From NCBI GenBank assembly GCA_027309555.1, contig DAIDCO010000003.1, forward strand, positions 6,737 to 70,736: a DNA stretch of 64,000 nt, written 5' to 3'. Positions 50,099 to 59,387 of the stretch are shown piece after piece; within the stretch, counting starts at the first letter, position 1, and each line of letters starts with the position of its first letter. A program made the position numbers and the translations under genes. This stretch comes from a bacterium (lineage in GTDB: Archaea > Thermoplasmatota > Thermoplasmata > Lutacidiplasmatales > UBA184). The notes beneath the pieces were generated by a model. It worked only from the letters and a program-made list of their open reading frames with translations. It made no database searches and had not been told where the DNA came from.

Positions 50099-50944
50099 CT
50101 ATCCCTTCCCTGACAGCCTCCGTCTTACCATGACCGCTCCCGACGTCCTTGGTGGCGGTCGTTCAAGCTCGTACTTCCCAGGAATCGCCTCCAGGAGGTC
50201 CCCCAGCTTGCTCTTTCCGAAGGTGCGCGGATCGAAGGCAGGATCGAGCTTCAGCAACGCGTTGCCCAGCTCCGCCAGGTGACAGTATCCGTCCTCCCCG
50301 ACAACTGAGTCAAAGGCCTTATCGATGAGCTCGAAGGCTTCGGTCGAGGCCCGACGACCGCCAGGACCTTCTGTCAGGGCCGAGGCACTCGGGGTCGTCG
50401 CAGAGGAAGGCCTCCTCGACCTCGCAGGCGGCGGGCTCTCTCTGCGAGATCCAATCAGGTTCTCGGTGGCCACGAACACGTTGCATGCGTTTCTGAACGC
50501 GGGAGGGGTCTGGGCCCTACCGATCCCCACGACGAACATGCCAGACTCGCGAAGCCGGGTGGCCAATCTCGTGAAGTCCGAGTCAGACGATACGATGCAA
50601 AATCCTCTGACCCTGCCGCTGTGCAGGATGTCCATGGCATCGATGATCAGCGCGCTATCGGTGGCATTCTTCCCTGAAACCGCGGTGAACTGCTGAACCG
50701 GGACCAGCGCATGCTCCTGAACCGTGGGTCGCCAGGAGGAGAGCTTACCGGAGGCCCAGTCGCCATAGATCCGTCGGATCTCAACTGACCCGTACTTCGC
50801 TGCCTCGGCGAGCATCTCACCGACGAGCCCGGCGGACGCATTGTCTCCATCCACGAGGAAGGCGAGAGGGAGCGATCGAGAATGCGTTACGAGCTCGAGG
50901 GTACCCGGCTCGGCATCGGGAGGCATGGGCCTGGCGATGCACAT
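50099..50944 (-). CDS. NYN-domain RNase with C-terminal OST-HTH/LOTUS domain
   Basis: LVDGDN, RIYGDW, GKNATDSALIIDAMD, SSDSDF; FDPRTFGKSKLGDLL. Confidence 0.93.
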   Translation of the reverse strand: MCIARPMPPDAEPGTLELVTHSRSLPLAFLVDGDNASAGLVGEMLAEAAKYGSVEIRRIYGDWASGKLSSWRPTVQEHALVPVQQFTAVSGKNATDSALIIDAMDILHSGRVRGFCIVSSDSDFTRLATRLRESGMFVVGIGRAQTPPAFRNACNVFVATENLIGSRRESPPPARSRRPSSATTPSASALTEGPGGRRASTEAFELIDKAFDSVVGEDGYCHLAELGNALLKLDPAFDPRTFGKSKLGDLLEAIPGKYELERPPPRTSGAVMVRRRLSGKG

Positions 50945-51084
50945 GAACGTGATGAAACTTACACACCTCGGCGTTGGCCCATGACGGATGGGTCCGGGCC
51001 CGACTCAATTCGGGCCGCCGTCCACGACCTTCTCCGAAGTGGCGTACACGAATAGCTACAACAGTTACTTCTGTACGCGAATGT

Positions 51085-51172
51085 GAAATATACCTCGGCG
51101 TCGATGATCACCCTCGGGCGAGGCGGGCGGAATCCTGGGTGAGGCGTTGCCGCCCGACCTCGTCCCCGTACC
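51085..51172 (+). promoter_or_regulatory. TATA-like box and hairpin leader of the structural operon
   Basis: GAAATATA at 51085; CGAGG-CGGGCGG pairs with CCGCCCG-A-CCTCG just before ATG 51173. Confidence 0.5.
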
Positions 51173-53863
51173 ATGAAAGGGAAAGGCGAGACCGGAAGCG
51201 CGACCAAGAGCCGAACGTTCAAGCTCCGAGGCTGGAAACTCCCTCGGGTCGCCAGGGACCGTTGGTGGGCGGCGCCAGTCGCCCTCCTCGTGGTGGCCGC
51301 GATCCTCGCGACCTCGGTCGTCCTCCTCACGGGAGGCACCCGGGTCGTTCAGGAGGAGTGGTCGGCGATCAACCTCTCCCTCGGGTCGAATCCGCTCTCG
51401 CAGCAGCTGAACATCACCTTCGCGAGGGTCAGCTACCTCGACCAGCCCACCCAGTGGAACACGACCGGCTTCCTCAACGCCTCCCTGAGCGCGAACGGAG
51501 CCTGGCTCGACAACACCAGCAGCTACGGGACCCACTACGGGATCGCTCAGGTCAACTCGACCTCGACCGGCACCACGGCGCTCGCCAGCTGGCCGCTCTC
51601 TTCCTACCTCGGCGCGAACGTCAGCTACGCCTTCCTCGACCAGCGGGTCGCGCTCAACGGCACCGGGACCACCTGGCAGCTCGTCCTCTCCGAGGCTCAG
51701 CAGACGGGTCAGGTCTCTACGTCCGGCAACGTCACGAATGGGGCGGCCGGGGCTACCCAGAACGAGGTCTGGGTCCAGGCCTTCTACTCCGCGGGGAACT
51801 TCAGCTTCCTCGCCTACGACTGGGAGGAGAAGCCCGGCGGCTTCCAGACCGTCACCACCTACACCTTCCCCTCGAACGTCGGGGCGCCTCCGCTCCAGTT
51901 CTTCGAGGTCTACGTCTACGCCCAACCCCTCCAGACGGTCGTCAGCATCGTCAACACGACCAACGGAGCCGTGATCGGCTCGACCCCCGCGATGCACCCG
52001 GTCCTCGATGAGAACCTCACGAAGATCGGCTACCTCGGCGACACGCTCACCGCGGCGGCCTCGAGCGTCGACTCAGCGATGATCCTCGACTCCGCGTTCT
52101 TCGTCGACCACAATACCTACGCGAACGCCCCGGGAGCCTCGACCGCCGCGATCCCGATGGTCGCGGGCTCGGTGTCGATCCCCAACGCCGCTCCCTTCGA
52201 CCCGGCGTCCGTGGCCACTCACTGGCTCAATCCGCCGAACTCCCAGAACAGCTACTCGAGTCTCACGGGGTCCCTCTCCGACTTCCCGAGCGTGGTGAAC
52301 TCCTCCTCGTCGGCGAGCGAAACGAGCTCGCTGATCAACGCGACGGCGATCCTGAACTCGACCACGACGGCGAGCGAGGCCGGCGCCGCGGGCACCCTCG
52401 CCACGATCCGCTCCACTCCCGAGGACCAGACGGACGCAGTCAGTTCGACGGCCTACGCGACGACCTGGACTCCCCAGACGATCCAGAGCCAGATCCACTC
52501 CTTCCTGACGAACTACATCTCGGCGAACACCGGGGTCCCGGCCGCCGACATCGAGATCCCGGGCATGCTCGTCTCGAACATCGCCGTCTGGACCCAGTTC
52601 TCGAGCCAAGCGGCGAGCACGATCCACGACTACCTCGCGAGCGCCATTCCCGGGTTCCTCCAGTCGAACAACCTCGCGCTGGTCAACCGGACCACGGGCG
52701 CCATCGACGCGGGCGCCGACATCGGTGAGTTCATGGACCTCTCCACGGGAGCGGTCTATGCGGGTCAGACCAACGACTTCGGTGGGGTATTCGACCCGGT
52801 CGACCACCAGTGGTATGCGAGCGCCGAGGCGGCGGGATTCCCGTCCGGCTCGGGAGTCGGCGCGTCCGGGGCGATCTTCGTCCCCGGGCAGGCCGCGTTC
52901 CTCGGATGGGCCGCGAATGGCGAACCCGAGTTCGGAGTCGGGGGTTGTTTCATCGTCTGTCTCGGCTCGGCGCTCACCGGCGCCGCCTCCGCCGTCTCGA
53001 ACTTCGTCGGCTCCGCCGCGAGCACCGTGAGCAACGCCGTGGGTGGCGTCACGAACACGGTCTCCAACGACGTCATCAAGCCGGTCTCGGGAACCCTCGG
53101 AGGCGACCTCAGCGGCGTCTCGACCGACGTCTCGAAGGCCGTCGACCAGGTGATGCCGTTCTTCGGCGGAACGATCGCGAACATCGGCGGAGCCGTCCAG
53201 GGAACCCTCAGCCACACGCTGAGCGGCATCACGAGCGGGATCGGTTCCGCCGCGAGCGGAGCGGCGGGAGCCATCCTCTCGGGCGTCAACTCGATCTCGA
53301 ACACGATCTACCACGTCGGTGCCGCCGCGGGGTCCGCCATCGGCAGCCTGCCCGGGGAGATCCAGAGCGGGCTCAACGTCGTGGGCAACACCGTGGGAAA
53401 GGTCGTCAGCACCTCCGCGGCTGTTCTGTCGAGCGCCTTCACCACCGCCAGGAACGTGGCGGGTGACGTCGGCAGTGCGATCCTGAACGGCGGCAAGAGC
53501 CTCCTCAGCCTCGCCGGGAACGCCGCCGGCGCCGTGGCCGGCGCGCTCAACACGGTCGGGAGCGCCATCGTGAATGGGGCCTCGGGCGCCCTGAGCTGGG
53601 TCGAGAACGCCTTCGGGACGGCGGGCGCCGACATCATGAACGCGATCAAGGCGATCGGCGGAGCGCTGAATCCGTTCAGTTGGTTCTCGGGATTCTCCTC
53701 GCAGGTCGCCCAGATCCTCGAATACGTCGTGATCGGAGTCGTCGCGTTCGTCCTCGTCTTCGCGATCGTGTTCTTCCTGCACCGTCGGTCGAAGAAGCAC
53801 GGCTCGCGGCAGCGGGGCGGGGAGCGCGGGCGGCACCGCAGCCGACACGCCCACCGGGCGTGA
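51173..53863 (+). CDS. 896-aa spike/fusogen-like membrane glycoprotein
   Basis: N-terminal signal/TM, beta-rich sequon-dense ectodomain, ~250-aa 11-mer amphipathic repeat, C-terminal TM, Arg/His tail. Confidence 0.8.
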   Translation: MKGKGETGSATKSRTFKLRGWKLPRVARDRWWAAPVALLVVAAILATSVVLLTGGTRVVQEEWSAINLSLGSNPLSQQLNITFARVSYLDQPTQWNTTGFLNASLSANGAWLDNTSSYGTHYGIAQVNSTSTGTTALASWPLSSYLGANVSYAFLDQRVALNGTGTTWQLVLSEAQQTGQVSTSGNVTNGAAGATQNEVWVQAFYSAGNFSFLAYDWEEKPGGFQTVTTYTFPSNVGAPPLQFFEVYVYAQPLQTVVSIVNTTNGAVIGSTPAMHPVLDENLTKIGYLGDTLTAAASSVDSAMILDSAFFVDHNTYANAPGASTAAIPMVAGSVSIPNAAPFDPASVATHWLNPPNSQNSYSSLTGSLSDFPSVVNSSSSASETSSLINATAILNSTTTASEAGAAGTLATIRSTPEDQTDAVSSTAYATTWTPQTIQSQIHSFLTNYISANTGVPAADIEIPGMLVSNIAVWTQFSSQAASTIHDYLASAIPGFLQSNNLALVNRTTGAIDAGADIGEFMDLSTGAVYAGQTNDFGGVFDPVDHQWYASAEAAGFPSGSGVGASGAIFVPGQAAFLGWAANGEPEFGVGGCFIVCLGSALTGAASAVSNFVGSAASTVSNAVGGVTNTVSNDVIKPVSGTLGGDLSGVSTDVSKAVDQVMPFFGGTIANIGGAVQGTLSHTLSGITSGIGSAASGAAGAILSGVNSISNTIYHVGAAAGSAIGSLPGEIQSGLNVVGNTVGKVVSTSAAVLSSAFTTARNVAGDVGSAILNGGKSLLSLAGNAAGAVAGALNTVGSAIVNGASGALSWVENAFGTAGADIMNAIKAIGGALNPFSWFSGFSSQVAQILEYVVIGVVAFVLVFAIVFFLHRRSKKHGSRQRGGERGRHRSRHAHRA

Positions 53864-53890
53864 GGGCGCCCGGAGGGTCGGTGTTCGGAG

Positions 53891-54379
53891 ATGGCCCAGT
53901 CGAGCAGCCAGGGGAAGCACGCACGAGGTGGAGGATGGAGCGGTATCCTTGGTCTGTTCTTCCTGATCCTGGTCGTCGAACTCGTCCTGGACGTCGTGCT
54001 CCTCCCCGCGGATGTGGTGATCGTCCCGGCGGAGCTGATCGGGGACGCGCTGTTCCTCGCGGTCGGCGTCGGTGGCGCCTTCATGGCGGGCCGGGGGACT
54101 GGAAGGTCGATCCGGCCGCCTCCTCGCTCCTCGCGGTCCCTGCAGGGAAACCGGAAGGCGATCGCGGACTCGGGAGCGGCGCTGGTCCTCGGCTACTGGA
54201 CCTTCGTGGTGGCGATCCTCGCCTTCCAGTGGTGGTTCGCCGTCCACCACCCGATCCTGAACATCCTGACCTTCCCCTTCGAGCTCGTCTTCGACGTCCT
54301 GCTGTTCATGGCGGGAGTCCTGGTCACGCTCTTCGGGGTCTCCCGGAGGTCATCGGATTCCCGGGAGGTCGGCTCGTGA
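53891..54379 (+). CDS. Small 4-TM membrane protein with an internal duplication
   Basis: DVVIVPAELIGDALFLAVGV resembles NILTFPFELVFDVLLFMAGV; basic linker. Confidence 0.75.
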   Translation: MAQSSSQGKHARGGGWSGILGLFFLILVVELVLDVVLLPADVVIVPAELIGDALFLAVGVGGAFMAGRGTGRSIRPPPRSSRSLQGNRKAIADSGAALVLGYWTFVVAILAFQWWFAVHHPILNILTFPFELVFDVLLFMAGVLVTLFGVSRRSSDSREVGS

Positions 54380-56103
54380 AGCCCTCCCTCGCGCTCGTCC
54401 TTGTCACCGTTCTGGTGGTCTCGGCGCTGGCCGTGCCGGGTCCGGCGGCCCCGGCGGCCGTCGGGTCCTCCCACGCCGTCGTGACCCCGGCCTCGACCCC
54501 TTCCACGGTGTCCTGGACGGCTTCCGAATACTGCGCGAGCGACGCCCGCCCGGGATTCCTTGGATTCGTGGTGCCGTACTGTCCCGTCGGTGCCGGCTAC
54601 GCCGCACCGCCCGTGACGATGTACAACGTGACGGGGGCGACCACCGGGGTTCCGGTGTGGACGTCCGCGGCGAACAACTCGAGCGGAGAGGTCGTGATCC
54701 TCGCCAACAGCGTGCTCACGCAGCCGACCGCCCAGCCCGTCTACGACTTCCCGACGATGTGGGCCTACCTACCGTACCGTGGGTGGCTCAATCTCACGGC
54801 GGCCAGCTCTCTCGGGACGACTGCGGGAACGCTGGGCTACGACCTCAGCGTCTCCGGCGGCTGCATGGCGTGGGATCCCGCCGAGCACTACTTCCTCGCC
54901 GTCGCGGGTCAGGACAGGGCCAGCGGCAACGGGTGGACGTTCACCTACGCGCCGGGGTCGAGTCCGCTCCCCGGGGGGACGTGGACCAACCGGAGCGGCG
55001 AGGTCATCGGCTGGTCGATGACCAGCTGCGAGATGGCCTGGGACCCCCCGACCCAGGAGATGCTCCTCTACGGGCCCACGCTCGGAGGAACGGGCGCGGA
55101 CTTCTGGTACTGGTCGGGCAACGGCGGTTGGGCGGGGAGTTATCCGACGTCGAGCTACGGGGGCCCTCCCTGTGCCTTCAACGCCACCGTCGCCTACGAC
55201 CCGGTCTCGCAGAAGGTCGTCTTCTTCGGCGGCGACACGGCGGGCTGCACGAGCCAGCCGAGCCCGGTGCTCTCCTACACCTACGCGTGGACCGGGTCCG
55301 TCAGCTGGAGCAACCTGACGTCGAGCCTGACGGTGACTCCGCCCGGGCGCGAGTGGGCGACGTTCTCGACCACGGCCTTCGGGGCCGTCCTGATGGGAGG
55401 CGATGCCTCCCCCACCAATCCGACCGCGGGAGTCCTCAACGACACCTGGCTCTTCGACGGCCAGTGGGTCCCGGAGTCGCTGGCACTCTCGGCAGGGAGC
55501 GGGACGTTCTGCCCCCGCTACGCTGCCTCCGAGGGCTCGCTGAACGCCACCGCCTTCCTCCTGTTCGGCGGCGGGACGACCGGCACGGGAAGCTGTGCCC
55601 CCCAGCCCTTCATCGGCGGTCTCTACGCCCTCAACGACACCTGGACGGTGTCCGGAGTGGCACTCCCGCCCTCGAACCCCCAGGAGAACCAGACGGGGCT
55701 TCCCTGCACCGACGCCCAGCTGAGCTGGACGAACCCGCCGCCTCCCTACGGCCTGTCGCTCGTCAACGACACCGTCTACCTCTACGGAGCCTCGGGCACG
55801 CTCGTTCAGACGATCAGCACCAACGGTCCCACCACCTCGGTGGTGGTCACGGGACTCACCTGCGGTGCCTCCTACACGTTCCGGGTCCGCGGCTGGTTCT
55901 CCGATGGAGCGCCTTCACCGCTCTCGGCCGCTCTCAGCTTCCTGACCGGCAGCGCGGCCGGGAACGGGCAGGGAGGCGGAGGCAACTCGGGAAACGGGGC
56001 GGACCTCACGCTCATCGTGGTCGGCGTGGCCGTGGCGGCCGTCGCGGTCGTGATCGTCGGCCTGTCGTTCCGCCGACGGCGGTCCGGGGGCCGGGAGAGG
56101 TAG
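54376..56103 (+). CDS. Secreted Kelch-propeller + FN3 protein with C-terminal TM anchor (putative adhesin)
   Basis: Signal peptide; MAWDP / VVFFGG / NDTW blades; LSWTNP..VTGLTCGASYTFRVRG FN3; TM + RRRR. Confidence 0.85.
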   Translation: MKPSLALVLVTVLVVSALAVPGPAAPAAVGSSHAVVTPASTPSTVSWTASEYCASDARPGFLGFVVPYCPVGAGYAAPPVTMYNVTGATTGVPVWTSAANNSSGEVVILANSVLTQPTAQPVYDFPTMWAYLPYRGWLNLTAASSLGTTAGTLGYDLSVSGGCMAWDPAEHYFLAVAGQDRASGNGWTFTYAPGSSPLPGGTWTNRSGEVIGWSMTSCEMAWDPPTQEMLLYGPTLGGTGADFWYWSGNGGWAGSYPTSSYGGPPCAFNATVAYDPVSQKVVFFGGDTAGCTSQPSPVLSYTYAWTGSVSWSNLTSSLTVTPPGREWATFSTTAFGAVLMGGDASPTNPTAGVLNDTWLFDGQWVPESLALSAGSGTFCPRYAASEGSLNATAFLLFGGGTTGTGSCAPQPFIGGLYALNDTWTVSGVALPPSNPQENQTGLPCTDAQLSWTNPPPPYGLSLVNDTVYLYGASGTLVQTISTNGPTTSVVVTGLTCGASYTFRVRGWFSDGAPSPLSAALSFLTGSAAGNGQGGGGNSGNGADLTLIVVGVAVAAVAVVIVGLSFRRRRSGGRER

Positions 56104-56107
56104 GAAG

Positions 56108-57205
56108 ATGGCGCTGTTCGCTTCCGACCCCGTCGAACGCGAGGCCGTCCGCCTCGGCCGGGTCCACGAGGTGCCCGCGGAGATCCACTACTCGAGCGGT
56201 TCCGACCGCTGGTGGTATCACGGCCCGCTCTGGGTGCAGGAGACCCGACCGGTCCACGAGTGGGAGTTCAGCCCCGCGCTCCGGGACCCCCGAAACCGGC
56301 TCGTTCTCCGACTCATCAAGAAGGGCTGGACCGACGAGCGGATCGCCGCCGAGCTGGTCTCCGAGGTCCGGCTGACGGAACCGCTGACTCCCGAAGAGGA
56401 GCGCGCCGCGCTGCGTAGCGCGACCGTCGTGGTACGGGAGGTCCGCCGGGCTTCGGGACGCGCCCACGAGCCCCACGTCCTGCGAATCTACGGCCTCAAG
56501 AACGCCTCGAAGACCGACGAGCGGATCCTGGTGACCATCGACCAGGACCTGGTCCACGAGGCGCCGATGGTCCCGTTCACTCGGACCGAGAAGGGAAGCC
56601 GACGCCTCCAGTTCGCCATGATGGCGGCGATGGCGATCATCGACGCGATCTTCCTCTACGCGATGGTCTCCTTCGTCAACGCCGGACCGTCGTTTGCCGT
56701 CAACGCGGGACAGATCCAGCAGCTTTCCCTCTCCTTCGGCCAGCTGATCGCCCTTCCCTCGGTCATCCTCGTGACCTACGTCCTGATGGCACGGAGAACG
56801 CTCGTTCTCGACCTCGAGATCCAACCCGTCGTCGAGGACCTCGAGGACACCCACAGCGAGGCCGTCTACCTCGTCAACTCGGAGAAGACCCCGGCGTCGA
56901 CGTATCTGTCGCGGACGTTCCGGCTCGATCCGGCCGCCGTCCGGAGCCTGACCGAGGAAATTGCGCGGTTCCAGTCCGACACGATCGCGAACCTGCAGGA
57001 ACAGTCCCGCTCGCTGCGGACCGAGCTCGACTCGGCGAAGGTGCTCGGCGGCGAGGCGTGGAGCCAGTCGACGGACCTCAAGGCGCTCGACCAGCGCCAC
57101 CTCCCGTCGATCCACCACGATCCTCTCGGGACGTGGGTCCTCGTCGGGATCGTCGCCACGGTGGTCGGCGTGGTCGTCTGGGCGGCCATGGCCGCGGGGG
57201 TGTGA
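56108..57205 (+). CDS. Membrane protein, 3 TM plus coiled coil
   Basis: Two central TM helices, heptad segment, C-terminal TM. Confidence 0.8.
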   Translation: MALFASDPVEREAVRLGRVHEVPAEIHYSSGSDRWWYHGPLWVQETRPVHEWEFSPALRDPRNRLVLRLIKKGWTDERIAAELVSEVRLTEPLTPEEERAALRSATVVVREVRRASGRAHEPHVLRIYGLKNASKTDERILVTIDQDLVHEAPMVPFTRTEKGSRRLQFAMMAAMAIIDAIFLYAMVSFVNAGPSFAVNAGQIQQLSLSFGQLIALPSVILVTYVLMARRTLVLDLEIQPVVEDLEDTHSEAVYLVNSEKTPASTYLSRTFRLDPAAVRSLTEEIARFQSDTIANLQEQSRSLRTELDSAKVLGGEAWSQSTDLKALDQRHLPSIHHDPLGTWVLVGIVATVVGVVVWAAMAAGV

Positions 57206-57208
57206 CCG

Positions 57209-57916
57209 ATGCCTCGGGAAACCTTCGTCGGGGTCGTCCTCGTGGCGGTCCTGACCGTTCTCTCGCTCGGCTCCCCGCTCCTGGGGACGGCTCGCGCGGC
57301 CGGCTCCTCCGCCTCCGCGGTCGAGTACTATCGGCTCGACCCCGGCACGCCCACCGAGGAGTCCTCCACCTACGCTCTTCCGATCTTCGTCGTCGCCGAG
57401 CCGGTCGGTTCCGTGGCGAACCGGTCCGTGACTCAGCAGGCGTGGCAGGGTCTCCAGGTCGTCGAGGTGGGCACTCCCACCGTCCCGTTCCTCAACTGGT
57501 CGGTGCCCGACTGGTCGACGGGAGCGTTCGAGCTGGCCCTCTCGCTGACAGCCGAGGAGGTCCATGCCATCGTGGGAGGGCAGGCGATCCTCGCCCTCAA
57601 CTCCTCGATCCGGGTCGGTTCTACGGTCGTCGGCGCCGCCGGGATCATCGACGGCGCGGTCCTCGACTCGGCCACCGTCGTCGGCTCCTGGTGGAGCGCG
57701 GTCTTCGGCATGTCGACACCGCCTCCCGACCCCACGTTGTCCTCGCTCCCCGGCATCCTCGACGACCTCGCTTGGTTCGGAGCCTCCACCGCGGGCCGTG
57801 CGACGTATGCCGCCACGACCATCGTCGCCGTCCTGCTCTACCTCTGGGAGGGCCACAAGCTCGCCCGGGCCAAGCTGTCGGGCGACCCGTCCCGGTCCCG
57901 TCGGGAGGCAATCTGA
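57209..57916 (+). CDS. Secreted/membrane-anchored protein
   Basis: Signal peptide, sequons (NRS, NWS, NSS), C-terminal TM. Confidence 0.8.
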   Translation: MPRETFVGVVLVAVLTVLSLGSPLLGTARAAGSSASAVEYYRLDPGTPTEESSTYALPIFVVAEPVGSVANRSVTQQAWQGLQVVEVGTPTVPFLNWSVPDWSTGAFELALSLTAEEVHAIVGGQAILALNSSIRVGSTVVGAAGIIDGAVLDSATVVGSWWSAVFGMSTPPPDPTLSSLPGILDDLAWFGASTAGRATYAATTIVAVLLYLWEGHKLARAKLSGDPSRSRREAI

Positions 57917-58206
57917 TGGCGCTCGGAGCGGACCTCCTGCTCGCCGTCGCCTTCCTCGCCGCCGTCGGGCTCCTCTTCACGATCGCGACCGCGCTGAAGA
58001 ACTGGGTCTTCGAGCTCAGCCCCCGCGAGTGGGGCTACTCGGCGATCCTGACGTTCAGCCTCGGCGTCCTCGCCGCCGCCTACCTCGACGGCGACGGGAC
58101 CCTCGAGCTTCTCGCGATGGTGCCGATCTTCCTCGCGGTCGTCTGGTGGGTCGCAAGGCTCTGGCGGCGCCACCAGGGCCGGGCGGCCCGCGGGACGGAG
58201 ACGTAG
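57916..58206 (+). CDS. Small 3-TM membrane protein
   Basis: GGAGG plus TGATG overlap; MALGADLLLAV.. hydrophobic with a basic tail. Confidence 0.75.
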   Translation: MALGADLLLAVAFLAAVGLLFTIATALKNWVFELSPREWGYSAILTFSLGVLAAAYLDGDGTLELLAMVPIFLAVVWWVARLWRRHQGRAARGTET

Positions 58207-58207
58207 C

Positions 58208-58969
58208 ATGGCGTCCATCGCTCCCAGCCGGGACCGGCCGCCGACCGTCCTCGACACCGGGGAACGCTGGCGCCTTGCGTTCTGGGAGAAGCACAGCCAT
58301 GCGATCCAGTCGGACCTTCTCGAGATCACCGGCTGGTTGGGCCGCTCCCCGGACCGGGAGGTGCTGACCGAGGCCGGTGGCAAGGTCCGGTTCGTCCGGG
58401 CCGGGACGGCTCCGGCCAGCGTGCTCTTCCGGGTCCCTCGGGAAGGCACCCGTGCCTACCAGAACTGGGAGTGGTGCCTCGGCTACCTCCGGATGGAGCA
58501 GAGCCGCCGATGGCTCGTCCGGCAGCAGGTCGAGGAGGCGGAACGGGCTCTCCAGGACGCGGAGGAGGAGCTGAAGGCACTCCGCGGCCGCCATCGGAAA
58601 CTCGATTCCCGTCTCCGGTCGCTGGCGGAGCGCGCGCGTGCCGGCGCCCGCTCGGGTTCCGGGCAGCAGCCGAACGGGCCGCTGGCGCAACTCCAGGCCG
58701 GTATGGCCGAGGCCCGGGAGAATCTCGCGGTCTACCGGGTCGCCGAGCGGCATCGGGACACGATCCGGCTCCGACTCGAAGGGTATCGGGACCACCTCGT
58801 CCCGCGAGTCTACCCGGGGCTCTGGGCCCGGGTCAACGCGTTCCTCGACATGCAGGCGCTCTCGGTGGCCAACGTGGCGAGCGAGGAGTTCCGCCGCCAC
58901 CCGCAGCTCGCCGCCCGGTGGGCCGACCGCAGGGAACAGGCTCTCGCGGAGGATGAGAGTCTTGACTGA
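58208..58969 (+). CDS. Soluble coiled-coil protein
   Basis: Long helical hairpin-like heptad region; 1 nt after the previous stop. Confidence 0.75.
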   Translation: MASIAPSRDRPPTVLDTGERWRLAFWEKHSHAIQSDLLEITGWLGRSPDREVLTEAGGKVRFVRAGTAPASVLFRVPREGTRAYQNWEWCLGYLRMEQSRRWLVRQQVEEAERALQDAEEELKALRGRHRKLDSRLRSLAERARAGARSGSGQQPNGPLAQLQAGMAEARENLAVYRVAERHRDTIRLRLEGYRDHLVPRVYPGLWARVNAFLDMQALSVANVASEEFRRHPQLAARWADRREQALAEDESLD

Positions 58970-59387
58970 CCCCGTCACCTCTCCGCCTTCCGCGGAGGAG
59001 TTCAAGCGGATCCCATCCGGAAAACGCCTCTACGGACTGCTCCTCTCCGCCACCGACGAGATCACCCTCAACCACGCAACGCCCGGGGTCTCGTTCTCCT
59101 ATCCGATCCTCGGCGAGCTCGCGAGCGACCTCCTGGTCCTCGCGGAGACCGAGCTCGAGAAGGGTTCCAGCGACTCGTCGACCCAGCTCCTCGCCGAGTG
59201 GAAGTCGCTTGACGAGCATCTCGGCTCGGCAGAGGCGCGAAACTGGGAGGTCGACGCTCCGGAGGCCCGGATCCGCCTGACCTGTCTCAAGCGCTACCTG
59301 CTCCGCTCCGGCCTCATGGCGCAGCGCGAGGCGGAGGCGGACGCGCCGGACCGGTATCTCGTCCGTGAGGAGGTTCCCGGAGCATGA
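58953..59387 (+). CDS. Hypothetical helical protein
   Basis: Overlaps neighbours at both ends; start ATG 58953 or TTG 58962. Confidence 0.7.
   Translation: MRVLTDPVTSPPSAEEFKRIPSGKRLYGLLLSATDEITLNHATPGVSFSYPILGELASDLLVLAETELEKGSSDSSTQLLAEWKSLDEHLGSAEARNWEVDAPEARIRLTCLKRYLLRSGLMAQREAEADAPDRYLVREEVPGA

Noticed and set aside
52940-53710. Tailed-phage tape measure protein
   Set aside because: The periodicity is similar, but it lies in a signal-bearing, sequon-rich, TM-anchored protein, and there are no tail, portal or terminase genes.
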